A program made the translations under genes and the position numbers. This document shows positions 10,631-20,191 of a stretch of DNA of 64,000 nt, in pieces (position 1 is the stretch's first letter; each line of letters opens with the position of its first letter). Source of the DNA: Bacteroidales bacterium (lineage in GTDB: Bacteria; Bacteroidota; Bacteroidia; Bacteroidales; UBA10428); NCBI GenBank assembly GCA_016938235.1, contig JAFGVA010000068.1:36096-100095 (forward strand). Reading direction: 5' to 3'. A model generated the notes under the pieces. The model was not told where the DNA came from and ran no database searches. It saw only the letters and a list, made by a program, of their open reading frames with translations.

Positions 10631-11356
10631 ATGCTACGTGTAATACTTGCAATCTTAATATTTTCCTTTTCAATTTCATTGTCGGCTCAGGATAATGAGA
10701 TAAGCGCTCTGTTAAAACAGGCTGACAGGCTGGTTAAAGAAAAAAAATACGACGAAGCCTTATTCCATATCGAATCGGTGCTTAAGGCAGAACCTTTAAA
10801 TTTGTCCGCCTGGGAGAAAAAAGTGAATGTAATGATTCAGGCAGATCGGTCACGTGACATCTCAAACGAGATTGAGGAATTAATAAAGAATCACTCGCAG
10901 CAACCAGAATATTTATTTTTACGGGGCACCTTAAACCTTGTAAAAGATAAATACTCAAAAGCTATAAGCGATTTTGATCTGGCGCTTTATTTGCAAATGC
11001 CCGAAAAATACCTCGAAAAGGTTTATCTGAACAGGGGAATGGCGTATTTCAATACTTCCGATTTCGAAAAAGCCGAAGAGGATTTTATTGCAGCTATCGA
11101 AATAAATCCATTATATCCGGCTGTATATCACAGTTATGGCATGCTAAAATACGAACAGGGCGATTATGACGAAGCCATAAAGCATTTTTTAAAAGCCCTT
11201 CAGTTCGATTCCGAAAATCCGCTCATTTACTATAACCTTGGGATGAGTTATTTTAAAATCGATGATTCTGATAATGCCTGCTACTATTTTAATCGATCCT
11301 GCTCTTTAAATTACCGGAATGCATGTAAAGTATATTTATTAGAATGCGCTCCTTAA
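10631..11356 (+). CDS. Secreted tetratricopeptide-repeat protein
   Basis: Signal peptide MLRVILAILIFSFSISLSAQ followed by several TPR-like 34-aa units (e.g. YLNRGMAYFNTSDFEKAEEDFIAAIEINP). I prefer the ATG at 10631 to the TTG at 10610 used in the ORF track. Confidence 0.8.
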   Translation: MLRVILAILIFSFSISLSAQDNEISALLKQADRLVKEKKYDEALFHIESVLKAEPLNLSAWEKKVNVMIQADRSRDISNEIEELIKNHSQQPEYLFLRGTLNLVKDKYSKAISDFDLALYLQMPEKYLEKVYLNRGMAYFNTSDFEKAEEDFIAAIEINPLYPAVYHSYGMLKYEQGDYDEAIKHFLKALQFDSENPLIYYNLGMSYFKIDDSDNACYYFNRSCSLNYRNACKVYLLECAP

Positions 11357-11384
11357 CAAAAAAATAAAATTTCTTTAAGCAGGT

Positions 11385-13346
11385 ATGGATCTATCTATTG
11401 TTATAGTTAATTACAATGTAAAACACTTCTTAGAACAATGTCTGCATTCAGTAGAGAAGGCTAAAGAGAACCTTGAAACTGAAGTTTTTGTTGTTGATAA
11501 CAACTCGGTTGATGGTTCTTGCCAGATGGTTGAGGAGAAATTTCCATGGGTAAAACTTATTGCAAACAAAGAAAATCTCGGATTCTCAAAAGCTAACAAC
11601 CAGGCTATCAGAATGTCGAAGGGGCGCTATGTGTTACTTCTGAACCCCGATACATTTGTACAGGAAGATACCCTGCAAAAATGTGTTCAATTTGCCGATA
11701 ATAATGAAGATTTAGGAGGCTTGGGTGTAAAAATGATCGATGGTAAGGGGAATTTTCTGCCTGAATCGAAAAGAGCATTGCCTACCCCGGCCGTAGCATT
11801 TTATAAAATATTTGGCTTGTCATCACTGTTTCCAAAATCTAAAATTTTTGGAAAGTATCATTTAGGATATCTCAACAGGGATGAAGTTCATAAAGTTGAA
11901 ATTCTTGCAGGAGCTTTTATGATGCTTCGTAAAAGTTTGTTAGACAAGATTGGCTTGCTCGATGAAACATTTTTTATGTATGGCGAGGATATTGATTTGT
12001 CTTACCGTATAGTTAAAGCCGGATACCAGAATTACTATTTTCCCGATTCGCCAATAATTCATTACAAGGGCGAAAGTACTAAAAAGGGAAGTATTAATTA
12101 TGTAATGGTTTTTTATAAAGCCATGATAATTTTTGCTCAGAAACATTTTTCTGCTAATAATGCCAAACTCTATTCACTGCTTATTAATATAGCCATTTAT
12201 TTACGGGCAACCTTTGGAATAATGCGTAGAGTATTTTACAGTACTTTCGAGCCTTTGGTCGATTTTATAGCTATATATTCCGGATTCTGGATTCTTACCA
12301 CATACTGGGAAAAATTCAGATTTGGTACCAGTCAGTATTATCCCAAAGAGTTTCTCTATTTTGTTGCCCCGGCATACACAGTTATCTGGATGTTCTTTTT
12401 GTACCTTTTCGGAGGTTACGAAAAACGAATCAAGCCATTGTCCCTGGTGCGCGGAGTGGTATCTGGACTGGTACTTATCTTATTGATATATGCCTTGCTG
12501 CCGGAATCACTTCGGTTTTCAAGAGCTTTAATTTTGTTAGGTGCTGTTTGGACTACGCTGATGATATTTATTATCAGGCTTTTGGGTGGAGGAGTTTTAA
12601 AAAGCAACCGAAAGCTCTCATTTGGTTTTGGTAAAAAGCGTATTGCAATTGTTGGTTCCGATAATGAAGCCGAAAGAGTTACAGCAATATTAAAGGAATC
12701 GAAGATTAATTATGAATTTATTGGTAGAGTTGCAGTTGATTTAATAGAACATTCTTCAGACTTGTTAGGTACTTTAAATCAACTCGATGAGATAATTAAG
12801 ATTAATAAAATTGATGAACTGGTTTTCTGTTCCCAGGATATTCAGGCAAGCGATATTATTAACAGTATGCTTACTGTTAATAATTCATCAATTGACTTTA
12901 AAATCGCACCCCCTGAAAGCGTTTCGGTAATTGGAAGCAACTCCATCAATACTGCCGGAGATTTATATGTTGTAGATATAAATTCACTCAGCAAAGGGGT
13001 GAACAAAAGAAAGAAAAGGATGTTTGATATGGTGTCAGGTTTATCATTACTTATCCTGAGCCCGATATTAATTTTTACGATTAAACGCCCCGCAGGGTTT
13101 TTATCAAATTGTTTCAAAGTTATTTCGGGAAAATATACATGGGTAGGTGTGGAGCTTGGCATGCATCAAAACATTCATAAAGAAGAATTAAGAAGGGGAA
13201 TTTTAAATGCTGCTGACACATTAGAAAGTGATTTTATTACCCCTGAAATAAAACAAAGAATGAATGTTATGTATGCAAAAGATTATAAGGTGGGTAACGA
13301 CCTGATAATCTTAATGAAGTGTTTTAGATCAATTGGTGGGGAATAA
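11385..13346 (+). CDS. Family-2 glycosyltransferase fused to a polytopic membrane region and a truncated polyprenyl-phosphate sugar-transferase-like C-terminus
   Basis: GT2 motifs IVNYN, VVDNNSVDGS, LLNPD, YGEDIDLSYR. Then 4-5 hydrophobic helices and a WcaJ-type linker KRIAIVGSDNEAERV. Then KRMFDMVSGLSLLILSPILIF..GKYTWVG..DYKVGNDLIILMKCF. Confidence 0.8.
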   Translation: MDLSIVIVNYNVKHFLEQCLHSVEKAKENLETEVFVVDNNSVDGSCQMVEEKFPWVKLIANKENLGFSKANNQAIRMSKGRYVLLLNPDTFVQEDTLQKCVQFADNNEDLGGLGVKMIDGKGNFLPESKRALPTPAVAFYKIFGLSSLFPKSKIFGKYHLGYLNRDEVHKVEILAGAFMMLRKSLLDKIGLLDETFFMYGEDIDLSYRIVKAGYQNYYFPDSPIIHYKGESTKKGSINYVMVFYKAMIIFAQKHFSANNAKLYSLLINIAIYLRATFGIMRRVFYSTFEPLVDFIAIYSGFWILTTYWEKFRFGTSQYYPKEFLYFVAPAYTVIWMFFLYLFGGYEKRIKPLSLVRGVVSGLVLILLIYALLPESLRFSRALILLGAVWTTLMIFIIRLLGGGVLKSNRKLSFGFGKKRIAIVGSDNEAERVTAILKESKINYEFIGRVAVDLIEHSSDLLGTLNQLDEIIKINKIDELVFCSQDIQASDIINSMLTVNNSSIDFKIAPPESVSVIGSNSINTAGDLYVVDINSLSKGVNKRKKRMFDMVSGLSLLILSPILIFTIKRPAGFLSNCFKVISGKYTWVGVELGMHQNIHKEELRRGILNAADTLESDFITPEIKQRMNVMYAKDYKVGNDLIILMKCFRSIGGE

Positions 13347-13384
13347 ACATCTTCCTCGCTTTATGATTAAAGTTAAACAATAGC

Positions 13385-14677
13385 ATGGCAAACATCGAAG
13401 TGACTCTTCCCAGTCTGGGAGAAGGCGTAATAGAAGCAACCATAACCAGATGGTTAGTTGAGCCAAATTCACAAGTAGAAGAAGATACCCCTATTGCAGA
13501 GATTGCTACCGATAAAGTAGATTCAGAAATACCATCTCCGGCAAATGGAATATTCATTAAAAGTTTTTTTTCTGAAGGTGAAATACCCAGGGTTGGCGAT
13601 GTTATTGCTATTATTCAAACCAGTTCAGAGCTTGACGACCAAGTCGATGAAACACTTATTTCTTCTGAAATAAACGAACAACAAACTCCCGACAAAAAAA
13701 CTCCTGAGCTTACCTCAATTCAGAAAACAAATAAAACGGTATCGGAGAATGAGTTAATCATTTCAACATTTATAAGACATTACGCTGGCCAAAGAGGAAT
13801 TTCTTTCGATGAATTGAAAGGAATACAGGGTTCAGGAGCTAATCATGAAGTTACCAAAACAGATGTTCTGAATTATTTCAAGACAAGGAACCCGATTTCA
13901 TCAGCAGAAAACTCACCCATGAAAAAGCTTGTGGGTTTTAATATGCCAAAGCAGACAGATTATATCCCTAAAGAAGGCGAGGAAGTCGTCGAGTTGGGGA
14001 AAACCCGGAAGCTTATTGCAGAACACATGTTAAAGTCAGTTCTGCAGGCGCCGCACGTTACTTCGTTTATCGAAGTCGATATTACAAGTCTGGTTCAGTG
14101 GCGGGAGCAAAATAAACATCGGTTTAAGAAGGAGAACGGAATTAACCTGACATATACACCGATAATCACCGAGCTGGTTGTTCGGGCACTAAAAGAATAT
14201 CCGCAAATTAATTCTTCTTTATTTGGCGATAAGCTGATACTAAAGAAGTATTTCAATATTGGAATAGCAACAGCATTGCCAAACAACGACTTAATTGTGC
14301 CCGTGGTTCGCGATGCCGATAAGAAAAGCCTTTTAAAATTAGCCATTGATATTGCTGATTTAACAAACCGGGCCCGTGAGAATAAGCTCAAACCTGGTGA
14401 AACTTCTGGAGGGACATTTACAATTACTAACCTGGGGCAGGTTGGAAATGTGAGTGGTACACCAATTATTAATCAGCCCGAATCGGCAATTCTTGCTGTT
14501 GGCACAATACAAAAAAAACCGTGGGTAGTTAATGCTGATGGACAGAACTCTATTGGCATCAGGGATATTCTTACACTTTCTCTCAGTTATGATCACCGGA
14601 TTATTGATGGAATTTTAGGGGGTTCCTTTTTGAAACGAATCGGGGAGCTTCTGGAAACATTTTCAGCCGTAGTATAA
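13385..14677 (+). CDS. 2-oxoacid dehydrogenase E2 component (dihydrolipoamide acyltransferase)
   Basis: Lipoyl domain (IAEIATDKVDSEIPSP), a peripheral-subunit-binding segment, and a catalytic domain with LSLSYDHRIIDG. Confidence 0.92.
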   Translation: MANIEVTLPSLGEGVIEATITRWLVEPNSQVEEDTPIAEIATDKVDSEIPSPANGIFIKSFFSEGEIPRVGDVIAIIQTSSELDDQVDETLISSEINEQQTPDKKTPELTSIQKTNKTVSENELIISTFIRHYAGQRGISFDELKGIQGSGANHEVTKTDVLNYFKTRNPISSAENSPMKKLVGFNMPKQTDYIPKEGEEVVELGKTRKLIAEHMLKSVLQAPHVTSFIEVDITSLVQWREQNKHRFKKENGINLTYTPIITELVVRALKEYPQINSSLFGDKLILKKYFNIGIATALPNNDLIVPVVRDADKKSLLKLAIDIADLTNRARENKLKPGETSGGTFTITNLGQVGNVSGTPIINQPESAILAVGTIQKKPWVVNADGQNSIGIRDILTLSLSYDHRIIDGILGGSFLKRIGELLETFSAVV

Positions 14678-14751
14678 TGTATTTTTTCTATTATTTGATT
14701 GTTTTCATGAATTCTGTGAGTAACTAATAGCTAACAGTAATATTTTATTTT

Positions 14752-14759
14752 TATTTTTG
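14752..14759 (+). promoter_or_regulatory. Candidate Bacteroidota -7 promoter box (TAnnTTTG)
   Basis: TATTTTTG lies 27 nt upstream of the ATG at 14786. Only the motif match supports this call. Confidence 0.35.
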
Positions 14760-14785
14760 TTTTAGAACCAACCTCTTAACGATAG

Positions 14786-17700
14786 ATGAAAGTTTACTTA
14801 CCTCAACTATTATGTGCATTTTTTCTTATCCTGTTTTCACGCACATCTGTTTCTCAAGAAGATTATTCACCAAAGGAATGGTTCGTCGAAGCTGAATCCT
14901 ACTTTCTGTTTGAGGAATATAAAGATGCGGTGCCTCTCTATCAGCGAATTCTCAGGGATGAGCCGGATAATTTCAACGTAAAGTATAAAATAGGTATTTG
15001 TTACCTGAACGATCCTTATCAGAAAGAAAAGTCTATAAAATACCTTGCTGAAGCAGCCGAAAATATTAATGTTAACTACAAAACAAATTCATACAAAGAG
15101 AAATTGGCTCCACCCGAGGTCAATTACTATCTTGGACAAGCGTACAGGATAAATGGAAACTTAAACAAAGCACTGGAGTTCTATGCCGAGTTTAAGAGGA
15201 ACATGGATCAGGAAATTTTTGACCTAAATGTTGTAAATGATGAAATAGCTGCATGTCAGATGGCAAAACAGCTTATTCTTAAACCGGTTTATGTTAAAGA
15301 AAATAATATTGGAGAGGAAATAAATTCGCGCTTTGCCGATATTAATCCAATTATGTCGGGAGATGGTAAAACAATTGCCTTTACAAGAATTATGCAGTTT
15401 TATGATGGTGTATTTGTTTCTAAGAAGGATGAGCAGGGAAACTGGTCACCACCCTATAATCTTACTCCAGACTTTACTGTAGATGGCAGTTCGTATTGCA
15501 CAGGCTTATCTTATAGTGGCGATGAAATATTCGTTTACCGAAGCGATAATTTCGATGGAAACATCTATTCCAGCAAATTCAAAAACGACAGGTGGGAACC
15601 GCTGCAGAAGTTAAATGATTTTATTAATACCAAGTATTGGGAATCTCATGCTTCCCCATCGCCCGATGGAAAGTATCTTTATTTTACATCGAACCGAAAA
15701 GGAGGCTACGGAGGTCTTGATATATATAAATCGCTTAGAAAAGCAAACGGAGATTGGAGCGAACCAGTTAATCTTGGACCTATTGTAAACTCAAGCTATA
15801 ATGAAGAAACGCCTTTTGTATCAAATGACAACAAACTCTTTTTTAGTTCGTTGGGACACAGCACAATGGGCGGATACGATATCTTTGTAACAGAGCTAGT
15901 TGGCCCAGAAACCTGGGCAAGGCCTGTTAACATGGGGTATCCGGTTAATACAACCGACGATGATTTGTTTTTTGCGCCTGTACCTGGCAATGAGTATACA
16001 GGTATTTATTCTTTTTATAACGAGGCAAACACTTATGGTTTAAAAGATATTTTTCTGGTTAAGGTATTCAATTCAGTCTTACCCCGGACTTTTACTATAA
16101 AAGGAGATTTGAAGACCCCGGAACCCGATCTTTTAACCAATGGAGAAATTAAAATTTCGATAATTGATAACCAGGCCGGAAAAATTATTCAACAGGTAGA
16201 GCCTAATGCCGATGGCAGCTTTAGTTTAAATGCACCACAGGGTAGTTACCAGTTGTTAATAGACGGTGTTGGACTGAAGCCCGTTTCTCAGCCACTTGAA
16301 TTAAGCCTGAACCAGGAGGAGGAATTGATTGATCTTCAAACCATATCAACTCAACTGGCCGAAGTTGGTGAAGAAAATTTAATAAAAGCAACAACAATTC
16401 CGCCTAAAATTGAGATTGTTGGCAAGGAGTATATCATTACAGATTCAGTTCCGGTAAATATTAACCTCATTCTTGCGAAAGGAAATGATTTAATAATAGA
16501 ATCATTTGTAAACGGCAAAAAAACGAATCATGAAGAATACAGAATTTCTAAAGAAAATTTTACTTATGTATTCAATCCTAAACCCGGAGATAATAAACTG
16601 GTATTTACCACTGTAGATAAAAACAAGAATATTTCAACTCAGGAAATGACTGTTTTTTATGAACCTGAAGTTATAAAAGAGCCTGTTGCCGAGCTTGGAG
16701 AAGAAGAAAAAGTTTCAGAACAGATGTCGGGCATTGCCTTAATAACAAATTCAGTTAAGCTTCAGAATTATCTTGAATCGCTGGAAAGCCTTAAATACAA
16801 GAACTTGTTAGAACTGTATGAAATGCTGTCGGTTAATGCTGATGAGAATGACTTTTCAAAAGAAGAAATTAACCAGTTGTTTGCGATAATGCTAAGCCAG
16901 AGAAATAAATCTGAATTCATTGAAAGCACGAATAGTGTTAATGGACTATCCGCATTCTCAACCAACGATTCTGTTGTTAAACAGTCTGATATCCCATTGA
17001 TAATTATTAAGAATCTGAAGCCTGAAGTTGAGGACGAGCAGGTTAAGTTCTACAATGGGTTGAACAGCATTATTAATGGCAATATCAATAATGCTGAAGA
17101 TAAATTAAAGTACCTGCTTTCATTTTCTGACAAAGATTTAACCGAAGATGAGATTCAAGCTTTAAGCTTATTGTCAGGCGAAGAACTGTATAAGGAACTT
17201 TCTAAAACATTCGGAGCGGATATTACTGCTGAAATGATTGAAAAGGCTGCATCTACACAGGAATTAAAGCAATTCTATTTTAACCTGCTCATGTCTGCTA
17301 ACGGCACCTTGTTAGATATTCTGAATAATCTTAATATGGAAGAAAAGAATATTTCAAATTCCATAGAATTAGTAGATTATTTGTTTATGCAAGCTGAAAG
17401 TGGTGTTATCAGCGAGGCTGAATTGATACAGCAAATTGAGGAAGCAAAAAAGAACGAATCACAAAATATTCGTTTTTTTCATGAAGCTTTAGCAAATGCT
17501 GCAACAGGCGAATTAAAAACCGGCCTAAATGAAATATCACCCAATCAGAAGAGTATAAACGGTATTATTGATGAATTACTTAAAAATGCTCAGTCTAAAG
17601 GATATGGACGTACTGAAGTCTATAATCTTTTATTAAAAATGATTGGTATTCAGAACGTTGATGAGTTTATTGAAAAAATGCAGCATTTCAGCAAAGGCGA

Positions 17701-17998
17701 TATCGATTCACTACTTTCAACTTTAAAAAGAGAGCATTATTCTCTGCCGGTTGAAATTATTCAATACCTGCTTTCAGAATCGGCCTATTTCGATTATACA
17801 GAATCTGATATAAACGACCTGCTAATCAGAATGCTGTTAGAAAAAGGTATCGACAAGTGGGAAACTACAGGGACTGCCTCTGAATCAGAAAAAATAATAA
17901 AGAGAAACCGATACATTACAACCCTGATACTGGCAAATGTATTTATTATTATTCTGTTTATATTATTCTGGAGACGTAGAAAGAAGAATAAGGAGTAA
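14786..17998 (+). CDS. PorE-like paralog 1: TPR + PD40/TolB-type beta-propeller + CarboxypepD_reg-like domain + long helical region + C-terminal TM anchor
   Basis: Signal peptide, then TPR motifs (YKIGICYLN, YLGQAYR). Propeller motifs YLYFTSNRKGGYGGLDIY and GHSTMGGYDIF. Ig-like segment GSFSLNAPQGSYQLLIDG. C-terminal TM helix YITTLILANVFIIILFILFW followed by RRRKKNKE. Confidence 0.85.
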   Translation: MKVYLPQLLCAFFLILFSRTSVSQEDYSPKEWFVEAESYFLFEEYKDAVPLYQRILRDEPDNFNVKYKIGICYLNDPYQKEKSIKYLAEAAENINVNYKTNSYKEKLAPPEVNYYLGQAYRINGNLNKALEFYAEFKRNMDQEIFDLNVVNDEIAACQMAKQLILKPVYVKENNIGEEINSRFADINPIMSGDGKTIAFTRIMQFYDGVFVSKKDEQGNWSPPYNLTPDFTVDGSSYCTGLSYSGDEIFVYRSDNFDGNIYSSKFKNDRWEPLQKLNDFINTKYWESHASPSPDGKYLYFTSNRKGGYGGLDIYKSLRKANGDWSEPVNLGPIVNSSYNEETPFVSNDNKLFFSSLGHSTMGGYDIFVTELVGPETWARPVNMGYPVNTTDDDLFFAPVPGNEYTGIYSFYNEANTYGLKDIFLVKVFNSVLPRTFTIKGDLKTPEPDLLTNGEIKISIIDNQAGKIIQQVEPNADGSFSLNAPQGSYQLLIDGVGLKPVSQPLELSLNQEEELIDLQTISTQLAEVGEENLIKATTIPPKIEIVGKEYIITDSVPVNINLILAKGNDLIIESFVNGKKTNHEEYRISKENFTYVFNPKPGDNKLVFTTVDKNKNISTQEMTVFYEPEVIKEPVAELGEEEKVSEQMSGIALITNSVKLQNYLESLESLKYKNLLELYEMLSVNADENDFSKEEINQLFAIMLSQRNKSEFIESTNSVNGLSAFSTNDSVVKQSDIPLIIIKNLKPEVEDEQVKFYNGLNSIINGNINNAEDKLKYLLSFSDKDLTEDEIQALSLLSGEELYKELSKTFGADITAEMIEKAASTQELKQFYFNLLMSANGTLLDILNNLNMEEKNISNSIELVDYLFMQAESGVISEAELIQQIEEAKKNESQNIRFFHEALANAATGELKTGLNEISPNQKSINGIIDELLKNAQSKGYGRTEVYNLLLKMIGIQNVDEFIEKMQHFSKGDIDSLLSTLKREHYSLPVEIIQYLLSESAYFDYTESDINDLLIRMLLEKGIDKWETTGTASESEKIIKRNRYITTLILANVFIIILFILFWRRRKKNKE

Positions 17999-18049
17999 GA
18001 CATTTACTATTTTTTTAAGGCGGATATTGATATCTCTAAACCACTAAAG

Positions 18050-20053
18050 ATGGACAATATAAAGAGCAAACTACTTGAAATTGTTTCAACTGCATTTTTA
18101 GTGATATTCGTTTCTTATAGTACTTCTGCCCAAATATGGATTGATAATCAGGCAATTTACCAAGAAGCTGAAGAATATCTTATTGGTGAAGAGTATGAAG
18201 AAGCACGTCCTTTGTATCATTTAATTGAAAAAAGAGGCATACAGAATGCTCATATCAGCTATAAAATTGGCTTATGTCTGTTTATGTCTCATGGAGATCT
18301 TTCAAAAACAATTACTTATCTTGAAGAAGCAGCAAAAAATGCAACCTTAAATTACACCAATAGTTTTGAAGAACTAAATGCCCCTGTCGAATCTGTTCTG
18401 TTGCTGGGTAGGGCATATCATAAAAAGGGTGAATTAGAAAAGGCAATTTCGACTTATGAGCGTTATAAAAAATTCGGAAGTGAAAAAGCTAAAATACAGT
18501 TAGCAGATTATTACATCTCTGAATGTAATAATGCTTCAGCATTGCTTAAAAATCCGATAATAGCTAAAATTGAGCCACTGGCAGCATCAAACCAGTTCTC
18601 CTTGTATAATCCTATTATTACTGCTCAGCACGAGATTTTCTTTATGGAGAAAAGAAAATTCTATGACGCAGTGGTTTCTGCAATGGTTGAAGGTGACAGT
18701 CTCTCAAAAGAAAATAATATTACCCCCGACTTAGGTTCCGATGGAAATTTATTTCTATGTGGCTCATCGGCAGACGGTAATATGCTGATCTTTGTAAGCT
18801 ATAATGCAGGCAGGGGGTATGATTTGTATTATTCCGAGAAGGGAAAGTCTGGGAAATTCAATAAAGCCGAACCATTTCCCGATGTTATTAATTCGGGTTT
18901 TAACGAAACATCTGCATCTGTTTCGAATGACGGCACCTTGTATTTTTCAAGCAACAGATTGGGTGGATATGGTGGAACAGATATATACAGTTCAGAAAAA
19001 ATTGAAGGTGTCTGGTCGCAGCCTGAAAATCTTGGCAATAATGTAAATTCGGCTTTTGATGAGGAGTTCCCCATGTTATCATTTGATAATTCCCGCTTAT
19101 TTTTTACCAGCGAGGGGCATCTTAACATGGGTGGTTATGATATCTTTTTTTCTAACAGGAATACTGACAACAGCTGGTCGAAAGCAATGAATGTGGGCAG
19201 CCCTGTTTCAACAACAGCTGATGATAATTTTATTTCTACGACACAAGATTCCACCATTTTTTATACCCATCGTATTTCTCCCGAATTTGAAAACAGAGAC
19301 ATTATTTACAGGGTAAATATTGCATTTTCAGGAAAAAATTTGCAGGAATTTATTAAGGTTTCCGGTAACCTGATTTTTAATGACACCCTACCGCCAAAAG
19401 AAGTTGAGTATATTATAAACAGGGAAACAGAAAATAAAGAGGTTATTACGTCGAAAACAAATAAAGACGGAGCATACGACTTTATACTAGAACCAGGGGC
19501 ATACATTCTAAGTTTTAAGTATAACGATACCATTACAGCTTCCTCAAAACTGAATTTGAAAAGAAATAACCTTTCGGCTGACATTTATATGGAAAGTCCT
19601 GCCTGGAATTTAGAAAACACAATGAAGGAGCTTAAGGTTCAACACCTCGAAATTCAGGATATTCTTTTTGAATTTAACAGTTCAGAACTTACCGCACAGT
19701 ATGTAGAGTTACTTAATATTATTGCTAAAGAAATTAAAGAATACCCGGATTACAGTTTGGAAATTTCTGGTTTTACTGACGCATTGGGTACCGAAGAATA
19801 CAATTATGTTCTTTCAAAGAGAAGAGCAGAATTTGTCCTTAGCTACCTGGTTGCTAAAGGTATCGATAAAACCAAAACCAAAATAAATGCCTTGGGTGAA
19901 GACAATCCAATTGCAAGGAATACTGATAAAATGGGCAATGATTTACCCGAAGGAAGGAAATATAACCGAAGAGTTTCGCTGGAGATAAATATTGACTCTG
20001 AAACATTAAAAATAACGTATAAAGATATCGTACCCTCGCAGTTAAAAGACTGA
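18050..20053 (+). CDS. PorE-like paralog 2 (full PorE architecture): TPR + beta-propeller + CarboxypepD_reg-like + OmpA_C peptidoglycan-binding domain; OmpA family protein
   Basis: 667 aa. TLYFSSNRLGGYGGTDIY and GHLNMGGYDIF. CRD-like DGAYDFILEPGAYILSF. OmpA_C motifs ILFEFNSSEL, ISGFTDALGTEEYNYVLSKRRA, NRRVSLEI. Confidence 0.88.
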   Translation: MDNIKSKLLEIVSTAFLVIFVSYSTSAQIWIDNQAIYQEAEEYLIGEEYEEARPLYHLIEKRGIQNAHISYKIGLCLFMSHGDLSKTITYLEEAAKNATLNYTNSFEELNAPVESVLLLGRAYHKKGELEKAISTYERYKKFGSEKAKIQLADYYISECNNASALLKNPIIAKIEPLAASNQFSLYNPIITAQHEIFFMEKRKFYDAVVSAMVEGDSLSKENNITPDLGSDGNLFLCGSSADGNMLIFVSYNAGRGYDLYYSEKGKSGKFNKAEPFPDVINSGFNETSASVSNDGTLYFSSNRLGGYGGTDIYSSEKIEGVWSQPENLGNNVNSAFDEEFPMLSFDNSRLFFTSEGHLNMGGYDIFFSNRNTDNSWSKAMNVGSPVSTTADDNFISTTQDSTIFYTHRISPEFENRDIIYRVNIAFSGKNLQEFIKVSGNLIFNDTLPPKEVEYIINRETENKEVITSKTNKDGAYDFILEPGAYILSFKYNDTITASSKLNLKRNNLSADIYMESPAWNLENTMKELKVQHLEIQDILFEFNSSELTAQYVELLNIIAKEIKEYPDYSLEISGFTDALGTEEYNYVLSKRRAEFVLSYLVAKGIDKTKTKINALGEDNPIARNTDKMGNDLPEGRKYNRRVSLEINIDSETLKITYKDIVPSQLKD

Positions 20054-20157
20054 TAATTTCCTGCCGAATTAACCGTTTATTGATTTTTTAAATTTGAAGT
20101 TTTTTTGTTACCTTAAAATTCTTAGCTATTAATTGCTTGTACAAAAGCAGTTTTAGG

Positions 20158-20165
20158 TATATTTG
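20158..20165 (+). promoter_or_regulatory. Candidate Bacteroidota -7 promoter box (TAnnTTTG)
   Basis: TATATTTG lies 27 nt upstream of the ATG at 20192 and overlaps the GTG start used in the ORF track. Confidence 0.4.
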
Positions 20166-20191
20166 TGTTAAACTGGCTTAAAATCACCAAA

